DNA of 64,000 nt. Source: Deltaproteobacteria bacterium HGW-Deltaproteobacteria-6 (GTDB lineage: Bacteria; Desulfobacterota; Syntrophia; Syntrophales; Smithellaceae). Of this stretch, positions 39,971 to 50,306 are shown one piece after another; the stretch's first letter is position 1, and each line of letters opens with the position of its first letter. A program made the position numbers and the translations under genes. Under the pieces are notes generated by a model that did no database searches, was not told the origin of the DNA, and saw only the letters and a program-made list of their open reading frames with translations. The DNA lies in contig PHAT01000005.1 in assembly GCA_002840435.1 (NCBI GenBank), positions 36,460-100,459 of the forward strand, in the 5' to 3' direction.

Positions 39971-40825
39971 CTACTTTATGATGTATTTTGAAGATCGCCA
40001 GGACAGGATGCGCGAAACAATGTTAACCATCAGGACGATGAACAACAATATTAAGGCAGCCGTATAGGCACGATCCTGAACTTCCGGAATCGGCGTCCCG
40101 GCCTGAAAGAAAACGGCAAGCGGCAAAGAGGCCACCGGTTCAAAAAGGGATCGCGGCAAATAATCCGTGTAGCCGGCGGTAAAAAGTATCGAAGCGGCAT
40201 CGCCGATACCGCGGCCGAAAGCCAGCAGAACAGCGGTAATAATTCCCGGCAGCGCTTGTCTCATTACGACGGCCAGTGTTGTTTCAATTCTTGTAGCGCC
40301 GAGCGCATAGGACGTTTCTTTCAGCGTCAGAGGAACCGTTCTGATGACTTCTTCCATGGATCGGATCATGATCGGCAACATCAGGAGCGTCAGCACGATA
40401 ATCCCCCCCAGAAGGGATGCCCTGATCCCGAAATAGACCATGATGATGAAGCCAAAGGCGCCATAGACAATCGAAGGCGTCCCCCAGAGAACGTCCAGCA
40501 GCAATCGGGTAAAATTTGCAAATTTCCGGCTGCTGAAATCCTGCTGAAGGGCAAAAGCCGCGGGCAGGCTAATTAAAATGGAAATTACCGTGGCACTGGC
40601 AGCAAGATAAAAAGACCCCACGATCGCATTGGCAATGCCGCCGCCCTTGCCCAGATAATACCCTCCCTTGGGTGTTTCAACCAGCATGGCCCATGATAGG
40701 GATGATGCTCCTTTCATGGTGATGACAATAACAATGCCGGCCAGAACCGACAAAATCAGCAGCAGTGAAACAACCATCAGCCCTTTGAATAAGGTTTCTT
40801 CCGCTTTGCGCGCTTTCGTCTTCAT
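39971..40825 (-). CDS. pstA: PstA-type ABC permease
   Basis: 284 aa polytopic protein with the EAA-loop region (ETSYALGATRIET) typical of PstA. Gene order is pstS-C-A-B. Confidence 0.75.
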   Translation of the reverse strand: MKTKARKAEETLFKGLMVVSLLLILSVLAGIVIVITMKGASSLSWAMLVETPKGGYYLGKGGGIANAIVGSFYLAASATVISILISLPAAFALQQDFSSRKFANFTRLLLDVLWGTPSIVYGAFGFIIMVYFGIRASLLGGIIVLTLLMLPIMIRSMEEVIRTVPLTLKETSYALGATRIETTLAVVMRQALPGIITAVLLAFGRGIGDAASILFTAGYTDYLPRSLFEPVASLPLAVFFQAGTPIPEVQDRAYTAALILLFIVLMVNIVSRILSWRSSKYIIK

Positions 40826-40826
40826 T

Positions 40827-41741
40827 TTATCGGCTCTTCCATCCCATACGCAGCAAAGTGAAATGAGCGGTCAGACTGAAAATTCCCACCACCAGCATCA
40901 GCACCAGAGCCGCCAGCAGAAGCGCCGAATCATAAAGGGGAATGGACATCATTTCCCCATAATTATTCGCAATGAGAGCGGGCAGCGGGTAGGCGGGATC
41001 AAATAATGTCTGGGGAACGGCGGCCACATTTCCCACAACCATAAGTACCGCGATCGTTTCGCCAAAAGCCCGTGAAAAACCAAGAACAACGGCGGCAATA
41101 ATACCGCGCAGGGAACTTTTCAGGACAACGTACTTAATGGCTTCCCATTTCGTGGCCCCCAGTGCAAGCGTGCTTTCTCTTGCTTCGAAAGGGACGGATC
41201 TGAGAACTTCCACCGAAACGGAAATAATGAAGGGTGAAACCATCACCGCGAGGACGATGCCGCCGGACAGAAGACTGTAGCCCGTCGTCTGGTATCCCAG
41301 GAGCTGGCCAATATATTTCACAAAGGGCACCACAACAATAACCCCGCAGAGGCCGTACACAACAGACGGAATACCCGCAAGAATATCAATGATAAGGCGG
41401 AGAAATTCGCGAATACGGGCATGGGCGTATTCAGAAAGAAAAATCGCCGCCAGCAGACAGACCGGTATCGCCAGCGTCATCGCAATTGTCGTAACCTCGA
41501 TTGTGCTGATGATGAACGGATAAAATCCGAACTCCCCCTTGAGAGGATGCCAGGAAGAGGAAAGCAGCAACTCGCCGAGGGATGTCTTATCAAGAATCGG
41601 CAGGGACTTTATGAAAAGCCCTGCCAGAATAACGATGGCCACCGCATTCACAAAAATGAGGCTCGAGCGCATAACCCCGGATGCAATACAATCCTTCCAT
41701 TTTCTAAAACCGGGATAAGAAGACCTTTTCAAAAATGCCAT
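40827..41741 (-). CDS. pstC: PstC-type ABC permease
   Basis: 304 aa polytopic protein with the EAA loop ESTLALGATKWE. Follows the pstS-like gene. Confidence 0.75.
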   Translation of the reverse strand: MAFLKRSSYPGFRKWKDCIASGVMRSSLIFVNAVAIVILAGLFIKSLPILDKTSLGELLLSSSWHPLKGEFGFYPFIISTIEVTTIAMTLAIPVCLLAAIFLSEYAHARIREFLRLIIDILAGIPSVVYGLCGVIVVVPFVKYIGQLLGYQTTGYSLLSGGIVLAVMVSPFIISVSVEVLRSVPFEARESTLALGATKWEAIKYVVLKSSLRGIIAAVVLGFSRAFGETIAVLMVVGNVAAVPQTLFDPAYPLPALIANNYGEMMSIPLYDSALLLAALVLMLVVGIFSLTAHFTLLRMGWKSR

Positions 41742-41762
41742 GCTGTTATCGAACCTGAACCA

Positions 41763-42770
41763 TCATTTGATGTTTTGATCTTCCATCTTGGCCAGAGCGG
41801 TTTTAATTTTATCGTCGGCCGGTTTGATATAACCTACTTCTTCAACAAATTTTTGTCCATCCGTCAAAATCCATTTAACAAATTCTTTAGAAAGGCCTTT
41901 AAATTTTCCATTGGAAAGAATATAGAGATCTCTCGCCGGCGGTGACGGATAACTTCCGGACATGACAGCCTGCATCGCCTGCTTTTTATTGCTCAATTTT
42001 TCCTCGTCATCAACCCGTCCATTCTCATTAACATCGATGGGTATGACCTGAATCCCCTTCAGGGGAAGACCGGTCTTTGCATCGTAAGCATAATTCAGGT
42101 TGTTGAAACCGATGCCGAAAGCGTCTTTTTTAACCGCTTCGGCAACACCGGGGTCTCCGTAAACACCAACACCTTTGAGATCTTCCTGTTTCTTGCCCTC
42201 CAGATACTTTGCCCATATTTCAGCGGCACCGCAGGAGTCGGATCTGGTATAAACCTGAATTCTATCTTTGGACGGCATACCGGCAACGTCGCCCCAGGTC
42301 ATAGTTTTGCCCGTAATCCAGAGATCATAAAATGTTTTCTTTTTAAGACCTTTGACCAGCAATCCCTTGGCCAGAACTGGATTAGCTTCATTCACCGTCG
42401 CAAACACGGCATCTTTTACGACAGGAACATAAAAGGCATTCTTCTGAATCTCTTCGGGGCTGATCTCCCTCGAGACCATTCCGATATCGACAAGACCGGC
42501 CAGGGCATCAGCGACGCCTTTTCCCGCGCCGCCGGCCGATACGTCAACGCGAACCTCCGGATGAATTTTCGAAAATTCTTCAGCCCATTTCACCATCATG
42601 GGATAAAGAGCCCAGGCGCCGGAAACCCGGATGGTTCCCTGAAGCTTTTGACCAGCAGAGGAAATTGATTGTTTCGCGTTGTCTTCTTTTTTTGATTCAC
42701 AGCCCGCACAGACCATGCCCATGATGAACAATATGGATAATACACACAAAGCCCTTTTAATATTTTTCAT
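41763..42770 (-). CDS. PstS-family (PBP_like_2) periplasmic anion-binding lipoprotein
   Basis: 335 aa with a signal peptide and a Cys-containing lipobox-like MVCAGC. IRVSGAWALYP, DIGMVSREIS and RSDSCGAAE blocks correspond to PstS anion-binding segments but are variant. Confidence 0.65.
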   Translation of the reverse strand: MKNIKRALCVLSILFIMGMVCAGCESKKEDNAKQSISSAGQKLQGTIRVSGAWALYPMMVKWAEEFSKIHPEVRVDVSAGGAGKGVADALAGLVDIGMVSREISPEEIQKNAFYVPVVKDAVFATVNEANPVLAKGLLVKGLKKKTFYDLWITGKTMTWGDVAGMPSKDRIQVYTRSDSCGAAEIWAKYLEGKKQEDLKGVGVYGDPGVAEAVKKDAFGIGFNNLNYAYDAKTGLPLKGIQVIPIDVNENGRVDDEEKLSNKKQAMQAVMSGSYPSPPARDLYILSNGKFKGLSKEFVKWILTDGQKFVEEVGYIKPADDKIKTALAKMEDQNIK

Positions 42771-43840
42771 TGATTCACTGCTCCTTTTAGATTCATGTCA
42801 ATCAGGCAGCGTCCGGCTATTTCGCCGGAACGCATTTTACTGATGGCCATGTTGATATCCGCAAGATCAAAGCAATCCGTAATCAAACCGTCAAGCCGGA
42901 GTTTTCCCGCCTGATGGAGTTTCATGTATTTAGGAATGTCAACCGCTGGCTCGGCTTCGCCGCCATGCGATCCGGTCATTATTTTTCCAAAATGAAGCGG
43001 CAGAGAATAAATGGATATCTTGTTTCCCTTTCGGGGAACGCCGACCAGAATGGTTCTGCCCTGCGCCGCCGTCAGTTCATAGGCCATGGCAATGATGTCC
43101 GTGTTCCCTGTGTTATCGATAACCACATCGGCGCCCTGCGCTCCGACAATTTTCAGAATTTCCGACCGTGCATCCTGTTTTCCTGAATGGATGAGATGTG
43201 TCGCTCCGAAGGTTCTCGCAAGTTCCAGTTTGTTATCATAAAGATCAACCCCGATAATCGGATACGCAGACGACAGGGAAGCTCCCTGGATAACGTTGAG
43301 GCCGACCCCCCCCGCGCCGAAAACCACAACGGACTCACCCATCTTCACTTTGGCGTTGTTGGAAACAACACCGAGACCTGTGGTCAGGGCACATCCGAAA
43401 AGCGTGGCCAGCCTTGGATCAAAATCTTCGGGCATGACCGTCACACGATTCTCCGAAACAACGGCATACTCGTTAAACGTCGTCACGAAACCCGCATTGA
43501 GCGGTTTGCCCCGCCACGAATACCGTGGAGTCGCGGCTTCATGGCCTTTCCCGGGCCGCCAGTGCATAATCACCTGATCACCAGTCCGCACATGACGAAC
43601 GCCCGGACCGATTGCCATGACCTCGCCTGAACCCTCATGGCCAAGCAGGTGAGGCAGAAACCTGTCTTCGCCTTTGGCGCCGTCAATTTCACCGATCTGC
43701 GATCCGCAGATCCCGCTGAAGAAAATCCGGACCAGAACCTGTCCGTAATCCAGCGTTTCCGGCAGTTCAACCTCATCCACAATCAACGGCTTCTTCTGTT
43801 CGACAAGGATCGCTGCACGCATCTTTCTGGGTATTTCCAT
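42767..43840 (-). CDS. Zinc-dependent medium-chain alcohol/polyol dehydrogenase
   Basis: 357 aa with GICGSQ, GHEGSGEV and GAGGVGLN motifs. Its stop overlaps the pstS-like start (ATGA). Confidence 0.75.
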   Translation of the reverse strand: MEIPRKMRAAILVEQKKPLIVDEVELPETLDYGQVLVRIFFSGICGSQIGEIDGAKGEDRFLPHLLGHEGSGEVMAIGPGVRHVRTGDQVIMHWRPGKGHEAATPRYSWRGKPLNAGFVTTFNEYAVVSENRVTVMPEDFDPRLATLFGCALTTGLGVVSNNAKVKMGESVVVFGAGGVGLNVIQGASLSSAYPIIGVDLYDNKLELARTFGATHLIHSGKQDARSEILKIVGAQGADVVIDNTGNTDIIAMAYELTAAQGRTILVGVPRKGNKISIYSLPLHFGKIMTGSHGGEAEPAVDIPKYMKLHQAGKLRLDGLITDCFDLADINMAISKMRSGEIAGRCLIDMNLKGAVNQ

Positions 43841-43863
43841 AATTAAAACCTCACTCCTGATCT

Positions 43864-45033
43864 TTATAGTGGTGGGGGAATAATAAAGCGATCCCCGTAA
43901 ATATTAAGGCGCGCGGCAATCCCGCCGGCAATCTTATGAGGCAAAGGAATAAACACCTGCCCCTGGTTCGGCAGTTTTCGCGGATGATACACTTTTCGTT
44001 CCAGGAAAGATCTGCCGATCCGCGCTTCATCTTCATCAACAAAAAAGGAAACGCGCTCCGGGATTTCATTATACAGCCAGACCCCGGCAATAGACGTTCC
44101 GAATATTCCTAACTCTTCATGGTCGGCAATTCTTGTGGCACAGGCAATATTTTCTATCAGCCACGCAATCGCTTCCGAGAGCCGGCGCTGAGAATCCTGC
44201 ACGCTGGTCATACGGGTCGTTTCTTTGACTTCATCATTGACCCTGGCCAACACGGTTATTTCCTTAGAGACAAATTCGGTCGATACAAGAACCGGTTCGA
44301 ATCCGCATTGTTCCAGAAGCTGCCGAATGGCGCAGACATCAAAATGCGTGCAGTGGTCGGCAATAACCAGATCAAAAGGATTTTGCGTGTAATCAGGAAT
44401 TTCAATCAGGACCATTCCATCACGATTCAGTTTTTCCTTCACGAGCAGAAGAAACCGGCGGGGATCGGAGATATGCTCCAGGCAATGAATCATGGAAATC
44501 AAATCAAAGCTTGCGGGGACTTTCGAGAGATCGCAGCTGTAAAACTGATCGACATGCGCGATCGCCTCGACAGCGTTCCGGTTTTTTTCGTCAAATTCCA
44601 GCCCGGACAGCGACCATTGCGGACAATGTTTGGAAAATGATTTCAACAGATTGCCGTTCCCGCACCCGACATCCAGCAGCGTTCCTGAAAAAGGGAGTTT
44701 ATTCTCTTTCAACAACTGAGCCAGGATCGATTCCGACCGGGACATGGAAAGGCCGCGTGATTGGTCAAAAACCTTTTGCTCTTCGCCGCCCGCCTGATAA
44801 TATACCTCGTAACTTCTATAGATGGCCTCGCAATCGCGCAAGAAGGCATCATCCGTAATTTTTTGCACAAAACCGCAGGACAGGCAAATGCCGAGCTGTC
44901 CCCCTCTTTTCCAGGGACGGCAATCCGAAGTGACTTGCGCCAATGAAGAAAATTCTCCAATAACCTGCATATCAGGGGATTGGCAAACATGGCATGTTTT
45001 ATCGGACTGAACCGCAATTTCAGGCTTCATCAT
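43864..45033 (-). CDS. SAM-dependent methyltransferase with an N-terminal Zn-ribbon and a C-terminal extra domain
   Basis: 389 aa with CHVCQS...CLSCG, motif I LLDVGCGNGNLL, and a ~130-aa C-terminal domain. Confidence 0.65.
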   Translation of the reverse strand: MMKPEIAVQSDKTCHVCQSPDMQVIGEFSSLAQVTSDCRPWKRGGQLGICLSCGFVQKITDDAFLRDCEAIYRSYEVYYQAGGEEQKVFDQSRGLSMSRSESILAQLLKENKLPFSGTLLDVGCGNGNLLKSFSKHCPQWSLSGLEFDEKNRNAVEAIAHVDQFYSCDLSKVPASFDLISMIHCLEHISDPRRFLLLVKEKLNRDGMVLIEIPDYTQNPFDLVIADHCTHFDVCAIRQLLEQCGFEPVLVSTEFVSKEITVLARVNDEVKETTRMTSVQDSQRRLSEAIAWLIENIACATRIADHEELGIFGTSIAGVWLYNEIPERVSFFVDEDEARIGRSFLERKVYHPRKLPNQGQVFIPLPHKIAGGIAARLNIYGDRFIIPPPL

Positions 45034-45078
45034 GCAACACCGGATGCAAAGTAAATAGTTTCATCATGACCATTGGAT

Positions 45079-46248
45079 TCATTGAACCCCATACGATGAT
45101 TGTACTGGATTGATCTTCAGCGATGTTCTTTTCGAGGCCATTTCCGACGATCGGATAATACCTTTTTTCTGCAGATAATCGGCCACACGGTCGGCGGCGA
45201 TTTCCGTTCCTCTGGCATTCCAGTGCGTATCCGTACGAAAATACAGGCCAAGGTTTTTATTGGCCAGGAAGTCATCCTGCAGATCCACTGCATGAACGCC
45301 TTTCGCCTCCAGCAATCGGATCAATCGGGGGAAATAGCTCTTTGTGAAATCATCCATGGAATCCGCATACAACAGATCCCTGCGTGGAACGAGTACCAGA
45401 ACATAAACATAACCCAACTTTTTCAGGCGCTGGTTGTATTGGTCGATCATATCGATTTGCTTTGCCATATCATTCTCGATATCCGGATCACCGGTAAGAA
45501 CAATTTTATTCCGGTCCTGATCAAAATAAGGAATGCGATACTCTTTTTCACACATATACTCATTAATCCCTTTGGCCCCTACGAAAACATCATGCACTAA
45601 ACCTTTGATCATGCGCATTAATATGGCAAACGGATTGAACCGTTTTACGGTCACCGGCCAAACAGCTTTACGTAAAGGAACATATTCTTTTATTGTGAAA
45701 TTAGCGGGAAAGTAGCTTTTGATGGAAACCGCATAACTTTGCACAACATCGATAATGATTCTCGCATCTTTAAGCTCTTGCTTAGCGAGAAGACTTTCGG
45801 GGGTATTACTTCTTGTCCCGTTGAAGACAGGTTTCCCCAGTTTTACAGCAAGTTTCCAGGGAAATGTTTCGTGATCACTCAGACCGGAACCAAACCCTTG
45901 TGAATCGCCGTATGCGACAATTTCGTAACGATTCGTTTCATAAGGAACGCGGCGAAAACCGTCAGCATCAATGGACACGCGCGTATGGCGCGGTTCCTGA
46001 AAGCGAAACAGATAACTTCTGGACATATCGCCCAGTTCCACTCCTTCCCAGACCTGAGGCATGTTCGGGTTGGGGTGTAAAACTTCCATCAGATATTCCC
46101 ACGCCCGGAAATAGAAAAGAGAAGGTTGATAACGGAAAAGCGCGTAGGAAACAGCAATCGGCATAAAGATCAAAATAATAAGACCGACGGCATACAGGCG
46201 ATGCTTCTTTTCGTTTTCAAAACTGATAATAGAGAAACTCCCGGACAT
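45079..46248 (-). CDS. AlgJ/AlgX-type SGNH-like polysaccharide O-acetyltransferase partner (membrane-anchored)
   Basis: 389 aa with an N-terminal TM anchor, a GDSQGFGSG block, and the RTDTHWN (DxHW) signature of AlgJ/AlgX-like proteins. Overlaps the MBOAT gene by 32 nt. Confidence 0.65.
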   Translation of the reverse strand: MSGSFSIISFENEKKHRLYAVGLIILIFMPIAVSYALFRYQPSLFYFRAWEYLMEVLHPNPNMPQVWEGVELGDMSRSYLFRFQEPRHTRVSIDADGFRRVPYETNRYEIVAYGDSQGFGSGLSDHETFPWKLAVKLGKPVFNGTRSNTPESLLAKQELKDARIIIDVVQSYAVSIKSYFPANFTIKEYVPLRKAVWPVTVKRFNPFAILMRMIKGLVHDVFVGAKGINEYMCEKEYRIPYFDQDRNKIVLTGDPDIENDMAKQIDMIDQYNQRLKKLGYVYVLVLVPRRDLLYADSMDDFTKSYFPRLIRLLEAKGVHAVDLQDDFLANKNLGLYFRTDTHWNARGTEIAADRVADYLQKKGIIRSSEMASKRTSLKINPVQSSYGVQ

Positions 46249-47782
46249 TATCCAGATCGCTCAGACAGAAAGCGGCAATCAGCAGAATAAATGCGAACCA
46301 GGGCAGGCTGGGCCTCCAGCGTAAACGCTGCAGGAAAGCGCCCTTTTTTATGTTCAAGGAATTAAGAACCGGTTTAAAATCAGACATCAATTCACTTGTA
46401 TTAGGCAGAAACCAGACGACTAATACTGTAATGAGAATTACTAAAAACGCGTAATAGAACCAATTAGACGGCAGCGATGAAATAATATTGGGAAAAGCCT
46501 CTACGATTATTCCACCGGGTTTAACTATCTTACCTATCAAAAACATCGGCAGGTTAACAAGGTCATAGGTCATACCCTTGAATATCACCATGGCTTCGGA
46601 AAAGGATTTGGCGCGGAAAGGCACCCAGGCAAATACCACAGCAATAAACGTTAGAGCGCGAGCACAAAATCCGGTCAGCCATTGCCATCGTTCCGGCACC
46701 CGGACGCCGATTCGGCCGGCAATTTTATGCCAGGCCTGATTGATGACCAAATATCCCCCATGCAGACCGCCCCAGAAGACAAAAGTCCAGCCGGCACCGT
46801 GCCACAGACCGGCCAGAAGCATTGTAACCATGACATTGATGTAGCGCCGCAGAGTGCTCTTACGGTTCCCGCCCAATGGAATATACAGATAGTCCCTCAG
46901 GAAGCGGGAAAGCGTTACATGCCAGCAGCGCCAGAATTCAATGATACTTTTTGCTTTGTACGGAGAGAAGAAATTGAGGGGCAGAACAATGTTAAACATG
47001 CGGGCCAGGCCGATGGCCATGTCCGAATAACCGGAAAAATCAAAATAAAGCTGAAACGTAAAAGCAAGAGCTCCCAGCCAGGCTTCAGCTGATGTGAGGT
47101 TGACCCCTTTGCCCGCCGCTTCAAAGACCACATTGGCATAAACGGCAATATTGTCGGCCAGAATAACCTTTTTAAAAAGACCGATAAAAAAAATGGTTAA
47201 TCCGACGGACAGATTGATGAAATGCAGACGGTGGTTTTCCGTTTCTTTAAACTGCGGAATAATCTCCTGATAACGGACAATCGGCCCGGCCGTCAGTTGG
47301 GGAAAAAAACAGACAAAGATGCAATATTCGAGAAAACTGCCCCCTTTGATTTCGCCCCGGTAACTATCCACCAGACAGGCAATCTGCGTGAAAATATAAA
47401 AACTGAGACCAATGGGCACAATGACATGCTGCAAAAGAAAAAACGAATTAGTAACATTATTGACGTTTCCGATAAAAAAATCGGCGTATTTATAATATCC
47501 CAGCACCCCCAGATTAAAAACGATTCCGGCGGTCAGCACCCATTTTGCGTGAACCGGGCGGCTGTCGCGGGGACGCGTCAGCCATCTGAAAAATCCATAA
47601 TTAACGACAATGGAAGCAAGGATAAGAAGGACAAAGGCACGATTCCACCAGCCGTAAAAAAAAAGGGAAGCGCCAAACAGCCAGAAGAGCGCGGCATTTT
47701 TATGCAGCCTGCCAATCAGGAAGAATCCGAGCAGGACAGCGGGCAGGAAGGCAAATATGAAGACGTAGGAGTTAAACAGCAT
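46217..47782 (-). CDS. MBOAT-family membrane O-acyltransferase (AlgI/DltB-like)
   Basis: 521 aa polytopic protein with an MLFNSYVFIFAFLP N-terminus, RCWHVTLSRFLRDYLYIPLGGNR, and a conserved His in AGLWHGAGW. Confidence 0.8.
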   Translation of the reverse strand: MLFNSYVFIFAFLPAVLLGFFLIGRLHKNAALFWLFGASLFFYGWWNRAFVLLILASIVVNYGFFRWLTRPRDSRPVHAKWVLTAGIVFNLGVLGYYKYADFFIGNVNNVTNSFFLLQHVIVPIGLSFYIFTQIACLVDSYRGEIKGGSFLEYCIFVCFFPQLTAGPIVRYQEIIPQFKETENHRLHFINLSVGLTIFFIGLFKKVILADNIAVYANVVFEAAGKGVNLTSAEAWLGALAFTFQLYFDFSGYSDMAIGLARMFNIVLPLNFFSPYKAKSIIEFWRCWHVTLSRFLRDYLYIPLGGNRKSTLRRYINVMVTMLLAGLWHGAGWTFVFWGGLHGGYLVINQAWHKIAGRIGVRVPERWQWLTGFCARALTFIAVVFAWVPFRAKSFSEAMVIFKGMTYDLVNLPMFLIGKIVKPGGIIVEAFPNIISSLPSNWFYYAFLVILITVLVVWFLPNTSELMSDFKPVLNSLNIKKGAFLQRLRWRPSLPWFAFILLIAAFCLSDLDNVREFLYYQF

Positions 47783-47817
47783 AATTCTTCCGGCTTAAAC
47801 GCCGGTCGTGCACCCTC

Positions 47818-48681
47818 TCAGATAATGACTTCATCAAGCGTATCCCAGACCGACGGTGCGGTTATATTCAGTTCGCCTTTCAATCTTGATGCATCCAGTG
47901 TCGTATGTTCCGGTATGGTTTCCATGGTCAGGCCTGATTCACATGCCTTAACCGGCGCAATCAGTGACTGCGGCGCCCCTATTTTACGGGCCAGATGCCT
48001 GGCCATTTCCTCGTACGTCACATCTTCGGCGGCGGAAACCTGCCAGATGCCGTAGCTTTTTTTTTGCATGACGGCCAGAATGATCTCCGTAGCAAAGCGA
48101 AGCGACACGGGCGCTAAAACCATATCGGAAAAAGGATGAATTGTCGTTCCATTCCGGAGGTCGTTGGCCCAGTTCGTCAGAAGTGTCATGCCGGGTCCGA
48201 TGATTTTGGAAAAACGGATCACGGCAGCCTTATCCGTTAAGGCCGCGAGGCCCTGTTCCGTTGCAACCTTTTGCCGTCCATATTCACATTGGGGATTCGT
48301 CGCATCGGTTGATTTTCGGAAAGGAATGCTTCCGTCAAAAACAAGATTGGTGGAAGGGAAGAACAGGGCGGCACCCGTTTCTGATAGTAGGCGGGCCAGC
48401 GCCAGGGTGTTTTCGACGTTTACTTTGCGGCATACGTCGGGTTGCGTCCGACAGACCTCCGTCGATGTAATGGCGGCACAGAAAAAAGCGTCGGCAAATT
48501 TTCCGGGAACGGGCCACCGGGACATATCTTTGCTGATGTCCAGGTAAATTTCATCCCGGGCGGGCTGATCCTTCAAAAAAATTGTGGACAAAACCGGTCT
48601 GCCTCTCTCTTTTAAAAGAGTGGCCAGATTCGCTCCCAGTTGGCCGTCGCCGCCGAAGATGATGGAACTGCTTGCTGTCAT
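47818..48681 (-). CDS. RmlD-like NAD(P)H-dependent 4-ketosugar reductase
   Basis: 287 aa with IIFGGDGQLG Rossmann and YGRQK motifs. It could complete the dTDP-L-rhamnose pathway with rmlABC at 60.4-62.9 kb. Confidence 0.55.
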   Translation of the reverse strand: MTASSSIIFGGDGQLGANLATLLKERGRPVLSTIFLKDQPARDEIYLDISKDMSRWPVPGKFADAFFCAAITSTEVCRTQPDVCRKVNVENTLALARLLSETGAALFFPSTNLVFDGSIPFRKSTDATNPQCEYGRQKVATEQGLAALTDKAAVIRFSKIIGPGMTLLTNWANDLRNGTTIHPFSDMVLAPVSLRFATEIILAVMQKKSYGIWQVSAAEDVTYEEMARHLARKIGAPQSLIAPVKACESGLTMETIPEHTTLDASRLKGELNITAPSVWDTLDEVII

Positions 48682-49571
48682 TCCTTTACGAAATACCGGA
48701 CGGTTCCGTCAACAAAGTGGATATAAGGCCGGATCCCGATCTCCTCAAAGTATTCTTCACAGGCCGTACGGCATCCTTTCAAACCCCAGTCGTCAATAAT
48801 TACGAACCCACCCCGGATAACCAGGGGATATAGATGCCGAAGGCAGACCAGAGTGCTCTCGTATAGATCGCCGTCGAGACGCAGCAAAGCGACAGGCCCC
48901 ATGGATTTGGCGGCGAGGGGAACCGTGTTTTGAAACCACCCCACATGAAAGGTCGCCAGTGCTTCGGGATATTGGGCAATGGAAAAAATCGCTTCCTCCG
49001 CGTCGGCTTTTGCGGCGATCAAGGCGCCGCTGGAAATCATTTTTCCGTCGCAATCCTTTGCGGTGATTCCCCAGTCCCACTTCATCCATTCGCAGTAGTC
49101 TTTTTCTTTGATCGGCCTGGGCAGGCCTTCAAAAGAATCAAAAAGATGCAGATGCCGGCGGGTCTTTCCCCATTTGAGAGAAACCATGGCCATTAATGCG
49201 GAACTGCCGCCCTGACAGACGCCTGTTTCGACAAATGCACCGGGAACCTGCCCTTCTTCGAGATAACGAACGATAGCAGCCAAATTTGCAAGAGCGTCAT
49301 AGGAGCACATCGTGTTGAAACGGATTTTTTGGACGGTCTCCTTGATGAAAATTTCATCGTCATAACCCCGGCGAAGATGCTTCCAGTTCTTTTGTGTAAA
49401 CGGATCGTTGGTATGAATGTACATGGAATGAAAACAAAAATCATTGGGTAATTGGGGGTGCCTGCGAAACAGCTCCCGCCGCTTTATTAATAGGAATTCG
49501 TATGCTTTAATGATCCATGAATATTTTTTAAGACGTTCTTTAATTTTATAATAAAATTTCCACATGTGCAC
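48678..49571 (-). CDS. TylF/MycF/NovP-family sugar O-methyltransferase
   Basis: 297 aa with GAFVETGVCQGGSSALMA and LRLDGDLYESTLVCLRHLYPLVIRGGFVIIDDWG (metal-dependent TylF signature). Confidence 0.75.
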   Translation of the reverse strand: MHMWKFYYKIKERLKKYSWIIKAYEFLLIKRRELFRRHPQLPNDFCFHSMYIHTNDPFTQKNWKHLRRGYDDEIFIKETVQKIRFNTMCSYDALANLAAIVRYLEEGQVPGAFVETGVCQGGSSALMAMVSLKWGKTRRHLHLFDSFEGLPRPIKEKDYCEWMKWDWGITAKDCDGKMISSGALIAAKADAEEAIFSIAQYPEALATFHVGWFQNTVPLAAKSMGPVALLRLDGDLYESTLVCLRHLYPLVIRGGFVIIDDWGLKGCRTACEEYFEEIGIRPYIHFVDGTVRYFVKE

Positions 49572-49630
49572 TCGCTTGAACCATATGAGACTGAGGCATT
49601 GTTTTCTGCGCCCCTTGATTTTTCATGAAT

Positions 49631-50302
49631 CTATTCAAAATAAATAAAAGAATGATCGCCGGTATATCCGCAGAGATCAAACCACCACTGCCATTCTTCC
49701 GGAGTATTGAATGCTTCGCAGGTGACCTGCCAGTAAAGCAGGTTGGCTTTTTCGATTTCGTTCCGATAGGATTCAACACAGAGGTATTTTTTGTCTCTGC
49801 CGACCCGCTGCATTTCGCGAAGGGCCTTGTCCAGGTCATAACAATGCAGGTTGTGCAATGTTGTAATGGAGTAAACAAAATCAAAATAGTTGTCGGGAAA
49901 GGGCAACTGGTTTGCATTTCCGACTTTCAGGCGATCTTTGATTTCTTCCTTGGCATTAGCGATCGCGTAATCGGATATGTCGATCCCGTAAATTTCGACG
50001 CCGGGGACCAGCAGCGAAATCTCATAGAGTAAAAAGCCCTTGCCGCAGCCGATATCCAGAATTTTATCACCCGGCTTAATGCCGTAGTGATCGATCATTG
50101 CTTTGGCTACGGGAGCCCAGCGCCCCGCCATATAACGGTAGCCGCCGTAACAGATTCTGCGGTCGCCGTCCCAGTAGTCGAAGGCCCATCTCTTGGCCAG
50201 TTCGGCCGCTTTGGCCTTGGGATACTCCGGATCGTTGACCCGGGCCAGGTAATCTCTCTTTGTGCTTTTGTGAATTACGGACAAAAAATCAATATAGGAC
50301 AT
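49631..50302 (-). CDS. Class I SAM-dependent methyltransferase
   Basis: 223 aa with motif I ILDIGCGKGFLLYEI. It starts 4 nt downstream of the kinase gene. Confidence 0.65.
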   Translation of the reverse strand: MSYIDFLSVIHKSTKRDYLARVNDPEYPKAKAAELAKRWAFDYWDGDRRICYGGYRYMAGRWAPVAKAMIDHYGIKPGDKILDIGCGKGFLLYEISLLVPGVEIYGIDISDYAIANAKEEIKDRLKVGNANQLPFPDNYFDFVYSITTLHNLHCYDLDKALREMQRVGRDKKYLCVESYRNEIEKANLLYWQVTCEAFNTPEEWQWWFDLCGYTGDHSFIYFE

Positions 50303-50306
50303 ATTG

